This document shows positions 10,318-23,830 of a stretch of 64,000 nucleotides of DNA, in pieces (position 1 is the stretch's first letter; each line of letters starts with the position of its first letter). Location of the stretch: NCBI RefSeq assembly GCF_009914755.1, contig NC_060929.1. One strand, written 5' to 3'. The position numbers and the translations under genes are program-made. Origin of the DNA: the human T2T-CHM13v2.0 reference genome, Homo sapiens. Below the pieces are notes generated by a model. It ran no database searches and was not told the origin of the DNA. It saw nothing but the letters and a program-made list of their open reading frames with translations.

Positions 10318-11753
10318 CTACACTTTTTTTCTTAAAAAGCTAGAGCTGAGCAACAAGGCCAGAACTATCAAGACCTTATTGAAGCTGTATCCAGCCAAAA
10401 CCTACTATTTCCTCACACACCCCACCCCACCCCCACCTCCTAGCATGGAAGAGAAAAAAAAAAGCAAAAGCTACTGAGATGAAAATAAAATATATTTATT
10501 TACTACGTATTTGTATGATTCATCTCTCTGCTGTCTTCCTTTGTGTATTGCATATCTATGCTAAGCTAGCGAGTGTGGCTGGACTCCCTCTGCCTCTTAC
10601 AGCCAAAGAATTTTGCCTTTTGATTTTGACAGGCTGGAATGGTGTTTTGGCTTCATACCAGGCTCAGGAAAAGAGGAAAATCCTGTAGCCTCTATCAGCT
10701 AGTGGGTCACATGTTTGCATTTGCATGTTTTCAGGCAAATAAAGATGTGAGTTGCCTGTCACTTCTCACTATCTCTAGGAAAAAAAAATGTATTTATGAG
10801 AGTCCTTTCCCACTAAGTGACAGAAAAGAAAGATGGCTCATCTATTTTTCAAGGAACTAAGAAAAGAAACAGGCAACTGACTCTGCCCTTTTCTCTCTCT
10901 GGAATGCTAAGGAACTCTTGTCCTATTAGTAACACTGAGTATTCCTGAAAGAAGGAAACAGACTATCCTTCTTTTAAGAAAAAGAAAGAAAGAAAAGAAA
11001 AAAGAATCAATAGAGTTGGATACTGCAGAATATGAGGACTGGCAAAAATACCACTACTTTTTATAAGCAGGGAGAGTGTGTGAATTTTGCAGTAATGGAA
11101 AATGAACAGAGGAGAATGGCTCAGCAGCCTTGGAAGCCCTCCGGGTTCCCCCCAGGAGGAAGTGCTTCTCTAAACAGACACCTGGGGGACACAGCAAGCA
11201 CAGAGCTTTGAGGGCTTAACTCCATCATCATGGAGGTACCTCCCAAACCCACGAGTCTGCAAATGCAGAGAGTAGACATCAGACCTCACAAGAAAAGGAG
11301 TAACAGAGCCATAGGGTGATATGGATAGGGCATTGGCAGGAGGTCCTTGGGTCACCTGACTAAGCAAAAAAGCTCCCCTTTGAGATGTGAAATTCTTAAC
11401 TTGATCCTCATGCCTGATATTGTCCCTAATAGAAACTCTTGCTTAGTTTTTCTTTCACTTCTATTTATTTAGTCCTTATTCTCCACCAGCCACCATGCTA
11501 AGCACTCCCCTGATTGAGCTCACCAGACTGTCCCACCCAACCTGTGAGATGGGTGTTTTTACTCATTTTATGGGTGAAAATTTGAAGCTGTGTTCAGAAA
11601 CGTTGTAGTTAATGCTCAGTGGCTTCTTCAAGTCATGCAGTTAATTGTTGGGTTATGAAAGGTACTTGGATGTGTAACACATTTGACACTGAGTACAACT
11701 CCTAATCAATGATTCAAATGTCAACACTGAAATAGAGGCAAAGCATGAGATTA

Positions 11754-11889
11754 CAATCATCCCTTTGTACACATGGGGATTGGTAAAACTGTGCATACTA
11801 AGTCCTGCAGTCAGCCCTGTGGAACCTGCTTATACAAAGAGTCAGCCCTCAGTGTAGGCAGGTTTCAAATTCTGCAAATACTGTATTTT
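11754..11889 (-). mobile_element. MER8 (Tigger-family MITE), left piece
   Basis: TA|caatcatccct...agtcctgcagtcagccctgtggaacctgc...aaatactgtatttt matches recalled MER8 in reverse; continues at 14448. Confidence 0.75.
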
Positions 11890-12699
11890 TTTAAATTTCA
11901 ACTTTTATTTTAGATTCAGAAGGTACATGTGCAGGTTTTGTTACATGGGTATATTGCATGATGCTGAGCTTTGAGATACACTTGATTCCATGACCCAGGT
12001 ACTGAGCATAGTACCCAATAGTTAGTTTTTCAACTCTTGCTCTCCTCCCTCCCTTCCCCCTCTAGTAGTGCCCAGTGTCTATTTTTGCCATCTTTATGTC
12101 CATGAGTACTTAATGTTTAGCTCCCACTTATAAGTGAGAATATGCAGTATTTGGTTTTATGTTCCTGAATTAATTTGCTTAGGATAATGCCTTACAGTTG
12201 CATCTATGTTGCTGCAAAGGACATGATTTTGTCCTTTTTTATGGATGCATAGTATTCCATGGTATAAATGTACTACATTTTCTTTACCCAGTACACTGTT
12301 GATAAACACCTAGGTTGATTCCGTATCTTTATTATTGTGAATAGTGCTGCAATGAACATATCAGTGTGTGTATCCTTTTGGCAGGATGACTTATTTTCTT
12401 TTGGATATATATCCAGTAATGGGATTGCTAGGTCAAATGGTATTTCTGTTTTAAGTTCTTTGAGAATTCTCCAAATTGCTTTCCACAGTGGCTGAACTAA
12501 TTTACATTCCCATCAACAATGTAAAAGCATCCCTTTTTCTTTGCAGCCTTGCCAGCATCTGTTGTTTTTTGACTTTTTAATAATTGCCATTCTGACTGGT
12601 GTGAGATGGTATCTCATTGTGGTTTGGATTTGCATTTCTCTGATTATTAGTGATGTTGAGCATTTTTATTTTTTCATATTTATTCGCCACGTGTATGTC

Positions 12700-12989
12700 T
12701 TTTTTTTTTTTGAGATAAGGTCTGGCTCTGTTGTCCAGGCTGATGTTCAGTGTAACAAACATGGAACACTGTAGGCTCAGCCTCCCAAGCTCAAGCGATC
12801 CTCCCACCTCAGCCTCCTGAGTAGCTAGGACCACAGGTGGGTGCCACCAGGCCCAGTTAAGTTTTGTATGTTTATTTTGGTAGATATGGGGTTTTGCCAT
12901 GTTGCCCAGGCTGATCTCAAACTTCTGGTCTCAAATGCTTCAGCCTCCTAAAGTTCTGGGATTATAGGCATGAGCCACTGTGCCCAGCC
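12700..12989 (-). mobile_element. AluJ nested in L1
   Basis: gctcaagcgatcctcccacctcagcc (J-type); degenerate TSD ccacgtgtatgtctt / ccacttctatgtctt. Confidence 0.9.
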
Positions 12990-13963
12990 CACTTCTATGT
13001 CTTCTTTTGAAAAGTGTCTGTTCATGTCTTTTGCCCACTTTTTAATGGTTTTTGGGGGCGTGGGGTTTGTTTTTGTTTTGCTTGTTGAATTGTTTAAGTT
13101 CCTTATAGATTCTGGATATTGGTCCTTTGTCAGATGCATAGCTTTCAAATATTTTCTCTCATTCTGTAAGTTGTCTGTTTACTCTGTTGATAGTATCTTT
13201 TGCAGTGCAGAAACTCTTTAGTTTAATTAGGTCCCAGTTGTCGATTTTTGTTTTTGTTACAATTGCTTGCAAGGACTTAGTCATAAGTTCTTCCCCAAAG
13301 CCAATATCCAGAATGGTGTTTCCTAGGTTTTCTTCTAGAATTCTTATAGTTTGAGGTCTTACAGTTAAATCTTTCATCCATCTTGAGTTAATTTTTGTAT
13401 ATGGTGAAAGGTAAGGGTCCAGTTTCATTTTTCTGCATGTGGTTAGCCAACTGTCCCAGCACCATTTATTGAATAGGGAGTCTTTACTCCATTGCTTAAT
13501 TTTGTCAGCTTTGCCAAAGATCAGATGGCTGTAGGTATGTGGCTTTATTTCTGGGTTCTCTATTCTGTTCCATTGGTCTATATGTCTGTTTTTGTAGCAG
13601 TACCATGCTGTTTTGGTTACTGTAGCCTTATAATATAGTTTGAAGTCAGGTAATGTGATGCCTCCAGCTTTGTTCTTTTTGCTTAGGATTGTTTTGATAA
13701 TTTGGGCGCTTTTATGAGTTCACATGAATTTTAGAATTGTTTTTCTAATTCTGTAAAAAATGATGTTGCTAGTTTGATAGGAATAGCATTGAATCTATAA
13801 ATTGCTTTGGGCAGTATGGCTGTTTTAATGATATTGATTCTTCCAATCCATGAGCATGGAATGTTTTTTCATTTGTTTGTGTCATCTCTGATTTATTTCA
13901 GTGGTGTTTTGTAGTTCTCCTCGAAGAGATCTTTCACCTCCTTGGTTACATATATTCCTAGGG

Positions 13964-13965
<2 letters not shown>

Positions 13966-13997
<32 letters not shown>

Positions 13998-14045
13998 GCT
14001 CGCTTGCTCGCTCTCTGTGTATGTGTGTGTGTGTGTGTGTGTGTG
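13966..14045. repeat. Compound (TC)n-(TCGC)n-(TG)n microsatellite
   Basis: Directly visible inside the L1. Confidence 0.95.
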
Positions 14046-14447
14046 CATGTCTCTTGTAAATGGGATTATGTTCTTGATTTGGCTCTCAGCTTCAGTGTTA
14101 TAGGTGTATAGAAATGCTACTAATTTTTGTACATTAATTTTGTATCCTGAGACTTCACTGAAGTCATAGTTTTTATCATGAAGGGGTGTTGGATTTTAGC
14201 AAAAGCTTTTTCCATATCTTTTGAGATAATCATATTTTTTTGTTTTTCATTCCGTTTATGTGGCGAATCAATTTATTGATTTGTGTATATTGAACCAACC
14301 TTGCATCCTGAGAATAAACCCTACTTGATATGGTGAATTAACTTCTTGGTGTTCTGCTGGATTTGATTTGGTAGTATTCTGTTGAGGATTTTTGCATCTA
14401 TGTTCATCAGGAATATTAGCCTGTCATTTTCTTTTTTCATTTTGTCT

Positions 14448-14538
14448 AAATACTGTATTTTCAATCTGCCTTTAGTTGAAAAAGATCTGTGTAAGTGGAC
14501 CTACACTATTCAAACCTATGTTGTTCAAGGGTCATCTG
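14448..14538 (-). mobile_element. MER8, right piece
   Basis: gtggacctacactattcaaacctatgttgttcaagggtcatctg|TA is the reverse complement of the CAGTTGACCCTTGAACAAC terminus. Confidence 0.8.
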
Positions 14539-14589
14539 TATAAGAAATTCCTAATCACTTTATCTGGAGAAGAGGAGCACAGGGCTGTG

Positions 14590-14790
14590 GTCTTTGAGCA
14601 GTGATAAGAGTTGATAGAGTGCAGGCCCTGGAATCAGACTGTTCCAGGTTCCAGTTCTCATTTTTTTATGTGTTAGATGTGTGGTCTTCAGTATGGTTGT
14701 CTCATGAGCAAAAAATGAAAATGATGAGGCATACCTCAGCTGGGAATGGAAACCAAATGTTAATGTTTAGTGTAGTATGCAGAGTGTGGT
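14590..14790 (+). mobile_element. MIR
   Basis: gagtgcaggccctggaatcagactgttccaggttccagttctc... Confidence 0.6.
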
Positions 14791-16629
14791 ACCTTGGCTG
14801 TGGGCACAGCTGGCATCATGTCAGTGATGGGTGGTCACACTGTCATGATCACTGTGGGCATCATTGTGGCTGTCATTGTGGATTTTATGACACTAGCAAG
14901 CAGGTCACGCAACCTCTCAGACTTCAGTCACATCCTTCTCATGAATTGAGAAGCACACCTGAAGTGTGATTTTTTAAGGATTAAATGGGATTATGAGGAG
15001 ATGTTTTATAAACATTTGTAAATTGTTTTTACTAATAAAAAAATGCTTAGATTACAAAAACAAGAGCATGCTTAGTCAGTGGCTCTTCAGAGTGAATTTT
15101 AGTTTCATTAGAATCCTTTCTTCTGAAATCTAGCTGAATATTAAGAAAGGGGTAATTTTGGAGATGCTGGAGTGAGGTGGTGGGCAGACCTAGGTAGAGC
15201 ACAGCAGGTGGGGTCTGGTCCTTATTCAGGAGAAAATAGACACCAAACATGTGAGCAGGACACCCCAGGCTTGGAAAGGCCTGGGCTCATACTGAGTCAG
15301 TACACTCGCTTCGCTGAAGGACTTCAGAGGAAAGGAGGGAAACTGGCCAATCATTGCCACTTTGTCTTCTGTAGGGTAGATCCAACATCCAGCCTTTCTT
15401 TCTCTCATGAACTCTCAACCTATTCCAAGGATCTCTCATTTGTCTCCTGACCTACTGAGGCAGCCTCTAACTGGCCTCCTTTCATCCATGCCAGCCCCCT
15501 TCAGCGATCGGCCGCATCCCTACTCTGTATCACACTCTGCTTAAAGTGAGGCTCCCATGCTCCCAGGGTGAGAAAGGAAACTCCTCAGCAAGCCTGTAAG
15601 GCCCGATGTGGCCTGCTCCTGGCCTTGCTGACCAGCCCCATCTTGTCTACAGTGCACAGTTCTCAGTGTCCTTGTCACATGTGCCTTCTCCCATTCCCTC
15701 TAAGGGTTTGCTCCTGCTGACTTTACATGCATGGTTCCTTCTGCCGAGAAAGCCCTTTCCCCACTAGCACCAGCCCCTCTGCCCAGCCCCACACTTCACA
15801 CTTCACCAAGGCTGGCCTCCTCACCCTCCAGAGCATCAAGTGCACCAAGATCAATGGTACCACATACTGCTCCTACTCATTTTATAGGCTTCCTCCTGCC
15901 TCTAGCCCCTTTGTTGGTCTTTACCATGGATTTGTATGCTAACAAATTACTTTTTTAGAGTAGACTTTGTTCTGTTGAAGAGAGTATTGAAGGGTCAAAT
16001 AACTCCCACAAAGATGTCATGGGATAAGTAGAGACCATGCTGGGACAGCAAGAACCTGAGCTTTGGGGTATGGATTCTCGAGTTCAAACTCAAGATCTAT
16101 CATGTACTCTCTCTGTGGTCTTGGACAGAATAGATCATGTCTCTGAGCTAAATTTTACCATGTATAAAATATGAGCAATAAATGCCAAGGTGCAGGGTTC
16201 TTCTAAGGATTCAGCGAAATAACATTAGAAACTCACAGGCATTGGGTCTCAGTGAATGGAGTTGAGTCTGAAGTTGAGTTGACTGTTGAGTAAAGCAAAG
16301 TTCTGGAAAGATGGTGTCATTAAAACTAAATCCTCTGATTAAAAATTAGTCTGTTCTTCTGGTATTACAGTAGGTGATGGATTTTCTACATAGGAAACTC
16401 ATAGCTCCCGGGAAGCCTACAGGAAGCTTATTAACCTGGCATTGTATATGGCATGGGTTGAAAAAGGGAAGACAGGAAGTTAGGATCCCAATTGTCCTAG
16501 TTCAGAAAACGTCTCGGGCCAAAATTTGGATGGTTATAAAACTAGAAATAAGGGGAAAAATCTTTTAGAAAATAAAGACTGCATGGCCTAGCCACTGATT
16601 GTTTTATAAGGCAAAGAGGAAAAGGAGGA

Positions 16630-17110
16630 TTCTATTAGGTAGGGTCTTGGCAGAGAACAGATTGGCAGTTTGAGAGGAGTTAAATGGAAGGACTCTTCAC
16701 AAGTGTGTGAGAAGGACATTAAGAAACAAACAAAGAGAAGCAAGCATGACCCAGTACCAGGAGCCTAGTAACTGTGGCTCATGACCCACTGCTACCACAA
16801 CTGCCCCTAGCTGGACCCAGAGACCCAGCTGGCTATGGGGTGAAGGCTGCCTGACAGGAACTGTGGCTGTGGCCCCAGGAAGGCAGCCAGCCTAGTTCCA
16901 AGGAAAGAACTAGGAGGATAAATATCCTGATCCTCCTCTTCTCTCTCCCTCAGATCTCCTATGGGTACCTCCCATTGGTCAAATCCAATCAGGAGCCAGA
17001 GGGCAAGGAAGGCATTTGATAGGTTCATAATGGTCAGCAGCTTCCCAGGGCACAGTCCAGAGTAGGGAAGCAGGCAGAACGGATCTGGAGAGGTGAGGGA
17101 GTTCAGAATA
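16630..17110. mobile_element. Old ERVL-class LTR (LTR33/LTR41-like)
   Basis: tattaggtagggtctt start; cctcccattggtcaaatccaatcaggagccagagggcaagg motif. Confidence 0.45.
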
Positions 17111-17689
17111 GAAGACACCCAGCACACGGGGCATGATGACCTTCCTCTGCTAATGCCATTGCCCAGATCAAGAAATCTAAGGATCCCTGAAGACAGGATC
17201 CTGACACACAAGAACGCAGTAGGATGCCCTCTCTAGAAATTCTACATCTGCAAAACAGATAAAGTAGAAGTGATTATTTACTCCACAAGGATAGAGATTG
17301 TTTTAAAACAGTACTTCCCAAATGAATGAAGCAGTTGTTGACAGATGATTACCTGAGGCTAAGAAGGGGTTAGAGGAATAACGTAAGGAACAATTTTAAA
17401 ATCACCCAAAATGACTATAACACATCTCAGAAAAATCACAACGTGATTTCAAGAGCACTTGGATTGCGTAAAGGAAGTGATATCAATTCTGAACTCCAGC
17501 TTTCCTATCTGGCAAAAGCTTTATCTTGCTGAGATAGCATCTGCTGTGGTGAACGGTCAACAACTGGCTATTACCCAGCTTTAGGCAGAAACCATTGTAA
17601 AAGTACAGAAAACAACCAGAAGTATCTGAACACCTTCGACTTTCTGGGTATTTTGCCAGATAAATTCTTCCTTTGCAGTTCTTAAGGGC

Positions 17690-17910
17690 ACAGACTGAAG
17701 TTAGGTTGCTGGACTCAAATTCTAGCCCTGCTTGTACTTTCTGTGTATCCTTAGGCAAGTCACTTACCTTCTCTGTGCCTCACTTCCTCATCTCTAATGA
17801 TAATTACAAGGAGGCAAATAATAGTGCCTCTGTCAGAGAAGAGATATAAAGAATAAATAAGTTAGTTGTGAATTCCTTAAAACAGTGCATGGCACATAAC
17901 AAAGGTTTCT
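17690..17910 (+). mobile_element. MIR
   Basis: ccttaggcaagtcacttaccttctctgtgcctcacttcctcatct core. Confidence 0.8.
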
Positions 17911-17920
17911 GAAATAAATA

Positions 17921-18333
17921 GTATATATTAGTTTGCTAGGGCTACTGCACCAAAGTGCTACAAACCGGGTGGTTTAAACAACAGAAATGTATTGTTTTAT
18001 AGCTCTGGTGGCTAAAAGTCCAAAACGAAGGTGTTAGCAGGGTTCCTTCTGAAAGCTGCGAGACAAATGTCTACTCGAGGCCTCTCCTTTGCTTGGAGAT
18101 GGCTGCCTTTCTCCCTGAGTCTTTTCACATCACCTTTATCCATGTGTTTCTCTGTGTCCAGATTCCCCCTTCCACAGGGACACCCGTCACATTGGATTAG
18201 GACCCATCTAATGATTTCATTTTAACTTGTTTATCCCTGTAAAGACTCTATTGCCAAATACGGTTATATTCTGAGGTACTGAGGGGTAGGGCCTCAAATA
18301 TGAGTTTGTGGGGACACAATTCAATCCATAATA
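17921..18333 (-). mobile_element. MLT1 (B/C-like) MaLR solo LTR
   Basis: tattagtttgctagggct...ggtggtttaaacaacagaaat...ctgaggtactgagg...gggacacaattcaatccataa. Confidence 0.85.
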
Positions 18334-21300
18334 GAGTGTTTGTTAAGGAAATGACTCCTCAAGGAGATTTTCTTGTGTTTTGGTTTCCCCTGAATGTCAG
18401 CCACTGTCCACACTAGCGTGAGATGCTAACAGTTGGTTACTAAATGCAAGTCACTAAGTTTATCTATCTAGTCTTGATGTTTAAACCCTCATTTTGCTAT
18501 CCCTGACCCATGGAGGTAGACCCTCTCTTCCTAAGAATCTGAAGGGAAGTGCTCTTACATAGGAGGTCCCCACATGGGAAGACCCCAGTAATTTAGTATG
18601 TCCACAGCCAGTCTGTTTGCCACACTTTCCACCCCACCTGGTCATTTCTTACAACTGTGGTGTTTCAATAGTGTAAGGGAAGTTAGTCATGACATTCGTT
18701 TCCAATCTTCCTAGTTCCTGGGCCTGTCCAACACAGGGAATAAGAATTGGATTGTTCATTTGTTTATTCATCAGGTATTTACTGGACACCAGCTCTGCAC
18801 TAAGCATAATGCTGGAGATACAACAGTAAATAGAACCAATGTGGCCTTTAAAATCATGGGTCACACAGCTGGGCAAAATGTGCCTCCTGGTGGCCAATGT
18901 AAAGGGACACGTCTTATTTGCCCTACACCAGGTTTTTAGTGAATTTGAATTATTTGCCAACAATGGGAAATTGGGAAATCAGAAGTGGGATTTCTGGCTC
19001 TCTTAAAAACAAAATGAAGTCGGAGGATTTTGCAGCCCTGACCCAATTTTTCTTCCTAACAGCAATCAATAGGATTGCCTGCTTTGGATGGGGTATATAC
19101 TTAGTTTCTGGCTTGCCACAATTATCACTTCCTATTAAATTACACAGTGACAGCTTAATATTTTTATGTCACCTTGCCACTGCAGTCCAGTAGATGATCC
19201 ATAAAACATCAAATATGTAGAAGTGATTCTTCACACAGAGATGTGGAAGCTGCAGCACATCTGTTAATGATTATGGGAGAAAATCCTGTCTGAAGTTAGC
19301 AATTGATTAACATTGCCATGATATTAAAGTCCTCATGAAGTGAGCAAAACCCTGCCACATGTCCTTATTCCCCCAACTGACCCATTCCCAGAAGGGTGAT
19401 GTCATATCCTGTTGGATACAGTTAGGCAAATAACAGGGCAAACAATATCCTGCCCTGACCTCCTGGAGGTCAGTTTTGTTTTCAGAGAACCTAGTAAAAG
19501 AGAGTAGGACACAGAACAAAGGAGGGCAATTCTGGATAACTGATCCCAGATCTGGGTACCTTTTCTAGCCCAAAAGAGGGCGTCTGAGGAGGCTGAACTG
19601 TTCCAGAGAATGTTCTGACATACGGGACATGCCTGGTCCAGTTGAGAACATCTAGTCAACAGCATGAGCTCTGTATGGGTTGGGTGAGTTTGATTACCCA
19701 CCCAGCTAAGGGATGACTGCTGAAAGGCCACAACAATGATTCCATGTGGCTACTCACAACCTTTCCTCTGTCATTATAGAGTCCTCCTGCTTGAGAAAGT
19801 AGATCATGCCAACATAATTTCTTCTGTTTAGGGCAGATTCTTCCTTATTCCTCAGGAAGAAATCAAGGTAGCAAATAATTCACAGAAAGCAAAGCACAGT
19901 GTCTGGCACATAGTAGGTACTCAAAAGATAATTGATGAGTTAACGCATTCATGAAAAGCCCACTCTCTCTAATAAGCCCCAGGATAAAGATAGATAAAGA
20001 TCTCTTTCCTAAGCTCTAGGGTCATCTTTCTGATCATCTGCTAAGATGGCTACTAGAATATTCCCAAGGCACTTCAAAATTTAATAAATTTACTCTCTTA
20101 AGAAAACAAAAGCAAAAAGCCTACCTTAGCTCTTACAGTCCTGGTTGATCTATAGAACCTCTATCTACCCAGTCATAAGTCAGTGATTAGAAAGCAGTCT
20201 TCTGAGACACTTCCCTTTCCTCCACTCTCCTGTGTTCCATCTGTCACCACATCTGGTCATTTCTACCTCCCAAACATGACTTGAACTCTTCCCCTCCTCA
20301 ATGACCATCACTCCCTAATGTCTCCTACACCAGGCATGGCAGCCATTGGAGGAAGAGGTTAGGGGAGCAGGAGTTGGTCTCAAGTTCAGAAAGAGGCAAC
20401 TGAGCAGTACGGCCTACAGGAAAAAATGTGATTTCAGGCCATATGGACAGGAGGTGAGAGTCCCACTCTGCAGACCCTGATCAGGCTCTGTTTGAAACAT
20501 TATATTCAGGGAAGACAGTGATCAGCCCGTATATTCCCAGAAAAGAGTGACCGGAACAGTGGAAGGACTTGAAACATGCTGGGGAGAGGATGTTGAAGGA
20601 ACAGTAGGAAGACGCCAGGCAGCTCCACATGTTGGTTTTGTGTCTGCCTGAGAGTATGGATGGTCCCTCAGTGATTTCAGATTAGGTTTCACCTGGCTCC
20701 CTAAACATCTCTTAGGCCTTTTTTCTAAGGGTGTCACCAGACAGACAAGGAGAACATACAGGCTCCACATGCCGCCCTGCTGTTCCCAGGGGCTGTGGTG
20801 GCTGTTTGTGTGCCTGTGCTACAGCCCCACCTTCTCTCGCAGCAGAATGCTACTCTCTAGTGCCTCTATCATTTCCAAAGCTTCGTCCTCACATCTGCTT
20901 AATTTTGTGCAAAGCACAGATCTTTCTCCATGGGCTGTTACTCTTGCCCTCACCAGGCCAGCAGGGCCGATGAAGCAACTGCTTTGCAATAGTCTAATGA
21001 CACAGCTGATCTATTTTAAGCACCTGAAGCACACTCTATCAAGTGCCAATCTTCCCGCTGCAAGTCACGCTCAGCTTGCAGCAGCAGGGGCAGCCCGAGG
21101 TCTATTCCTATGTTTTGAGATATGGGGAAACAGCCCAGGGATCCCAGCCCTGCCCGTCTGGTGATAGTCTAAAGCAACCATAAAATTAGATATTTTTCAC
21201 AGTCAGCATGAGTTGTTCTCGAAAGAGAGTTGCCTGTGATGTTAGCATTATATGGTGCAGGAACCTCAGGTGATTATAAATCCCCCTTTCAACTGGCAGA

Positions 21301-23139
21301 GACAGAGCCTGGGCCTGTTACATGTAGGGAGAAGGAACTTGAGAGGCAGCATTTCAGGAACTGAAGCTCAATCCCCATCAGAAATTCCTTAGACTCAGAC
21401 TAATGTTTTCTCCTCCTCCTCCTAATCCAGAGACTCTTTTCCAACTGCAGCCTGAGTGCAAATGTTTTACATCTATTATTTTATTTAATCCTTACAACAA
21501 TCTTACATGGGCCTTCCTTGAATTCTGTGTCTAGGGAATATCCCCATGTTATATTTGCTCTCACTATTCTTCACAGAGCTTACCATAGTCAGTGATTATT
21601 TTGTTCATTAGCTCATTTTCTTTGTTTCTTTCTCTCATCCTCCTTTGACTATAAGCCACATGATGATTGTGTGACAAACCCTGTCTGTTTTGTTCACTGC
21701 TGAGTCCTGCACACTCAACATGGTGTTTGATGCAGAGTGATGATCACTTATAAAAGCATTTCTTGGACACATGAATGAGCCCACTTACGCTTCACAAGAG
21801 TCCTAGAAAGAGGACACTGACATTGTTCTCATTTTACAAAGAAGGAAATTGAAGCCCAGAGAAGAGATATTTGGCTCCAAATCACAAAGTTAAGAAAAGT
21901 GATGGAGCCTTGAGTGAATATGTGGATGGATTCATTTAATGAGGAATACTTCAATATCCTCATTTTACATAAAAGGAAAATGAGATTCAAAGGTAAATTG
22001 CCTGGATAAAGTCACATGAGCTAGGAAGCAGAGGAGCAGATGTTTAAACTGTGTTGGTCTGACCCTGAGGCCTCCTTTCCCTCCTCCCTGCTCCTCCTTT
22101 TTACCATCTTTTTGTATTTTTACTGTGATGGAGATCTCCAGGGGAAACATGGATTGGGATGGCTGATCTTCCCGTTGGATGCCCCAGCACTATTCACTCA
22201 TTCACTCGGGCAGTGAAACAAATCTTCACGCTGTGAGACAGTGACATTCCATATTCTAGGCACCATGAAATCAATGATGCACAGGACAGAGAACTGGACC
22301 TCAGACTGCTTCCATCCAGCATCTTGGAGGGGCAGACAGAAGCATGCATGACTGTGATGTGAGATAAACCATGGCGGGTGCTGAGAGGGAAGGAAAGAGT
22401 ACAGAGGAAGACAGGCCAAATTCCTCTGGAAGGCCTGGGAATGCTTGTTGGAGAAGGTTCCATTCAATCTGGTCCTTGGGGCAGGGAACAAACTTATGTT
22501 GTGTAGGGTTGAAGGAAAAGAAAGAGCAGTCTAGATGGGCTTACTCATTCCTAGGCAGGCATTCCACACACCCTAATGCACAATTCCTGAGTCCTGGGCC
22601 TTTGTCTGGGTACTGGGATGGAGACCGAAATAAAAAGACAGAAAGCCCTCATCGGGAACTGTTAGGAAGTCCAGTTTGTATACGCTAGAGAATATGAGTA
22701 TGTGGACACTGAGAAAACGCTGGGAGTTGGTGAGGATCAGCTCTTTGAGAGGGTCAGATGCCACGCTAAACAGTATTTGTTACAATCTACAGCCAATGAG
22801 GAGTCAGGAGAGGTTTGGAGCCCAGTAGTGACCTGCCCAGAGCTGTGCATTATTTAGGAAGATCTCCCCAGCAACACATACCTCATGCATCAGAGGGCCT
22901 GGAGGCAGTGAGAGGCAGACCTAGTGCAGCAATGCAGTTGTGAGTGGATGCGAGGGAGAGTGTGGGGATGCAGGGAGAATGAGCTCCCAGTTGTTCTGCA
23001 GCCAAGCTGTGCATTTCTGCAACTATGCCCATGGGTGGGCTTGCTGTATATTCTAATACCTGGGACTGTGAAAACTGGTACTTTGAAAACTAGGTTATTG
23101 ACCAAACTGAGAAGGCTAGATCGTATATTTGATAAGAAG

Positions 23140-23345
23140 TTGAGCTATAGAATCAGACTGCCTGGGTCCAAATTCCAGCTTGACCCTTATTAGCTGTGCC
23201 GCCTTCAGAGAGTTGCTTTTTACCAGACCCCCAAACGTCAGGTTCCTCTTAAGATGGGGATGATAGGTGAACTTTAAGTGAGTGAATATATGTGAGATGC
23301 TTAGCACAGTGCCTGGCACATGGAAAATACTCAGTAATGATTAAT
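23140..23345 (+). mobile_element. MIR
   Basis: agaatcagactgcctgggtccaaattccagct...gcttagcacagtgcctggcaca. Confidence 0.8.
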
Positions 23346-23654
23346 AGTGATAAGTAATGGAACACATTTGAATGTACTATTTTGGGAAAACCCCTTTTAA
23401 AGATACAAAATAACCAACACATGCTATTGTTATGATGTAGTCACCACTTGGTCATTCCACTAGGAAAGAAGAGTGGTATATATATTGGTAACACAGGACT
23501 TTTTAAGCTAACATTTAAGGAGCACTTATTACATGTAAGACCCTATGCAAACATTTTGCCTGTATTATCTCTTTCAGTTCTTGGCATGAGTCAGGTGTGA
23601 AATGAATGTTGGAGAGGGCAATTCTGATTAAGCAGGGAACATGTCACATTAGTC

Positions 23655-23830
23655 CAGGGACTGGCAAACCTTTCCTGTAAAGGGATTTGCAAGCCACACA
23701 GTCTCTGTGGCATGAAAGCAGCCATAGACAATGTGTAAAGAAATGGGTAGAGCTGTGTACCAATCGAAATGTATTTAGAAGAATAAAGGTGAAGGGTGAT
23801 TTGGCCCGTGAGCCGGTTTGCTGACCCCTA
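23655..23830. mobile_element. MER58A hAT relic
   Basis: Terminal repeats cagggactggcaaac ... gtttgctgacccct; gaaagcagccatagacaat. Confidence 0.8.

Larger units (their letters stand above)
11890..14447 (-). mobile_element. Older L1PA (about PA15/16-like), 3'UTR plus ORF2 C-terminal part
   Basis: ORF2 remnants in the ORF track (13159..13428 [16 protein letters not shown]..., [16 protein letters not shown]); perfect TSD AAATACTGTATTTT at 11876-11889 and 14448-14461. Confidence 0.93.

Noticed and set aside
12948-13428. L1 ORF2-like peptides
   Set aside because: Fragmented, Alu-interrupted, truncated dead L1
14601-14969. His/Cys-rich ORF (HCHDHCGHHCGCHC)
   Set aside because: Derived from a degenerate cat/tgt low-complexity stretch beside a MIR; not a metal-binding gene
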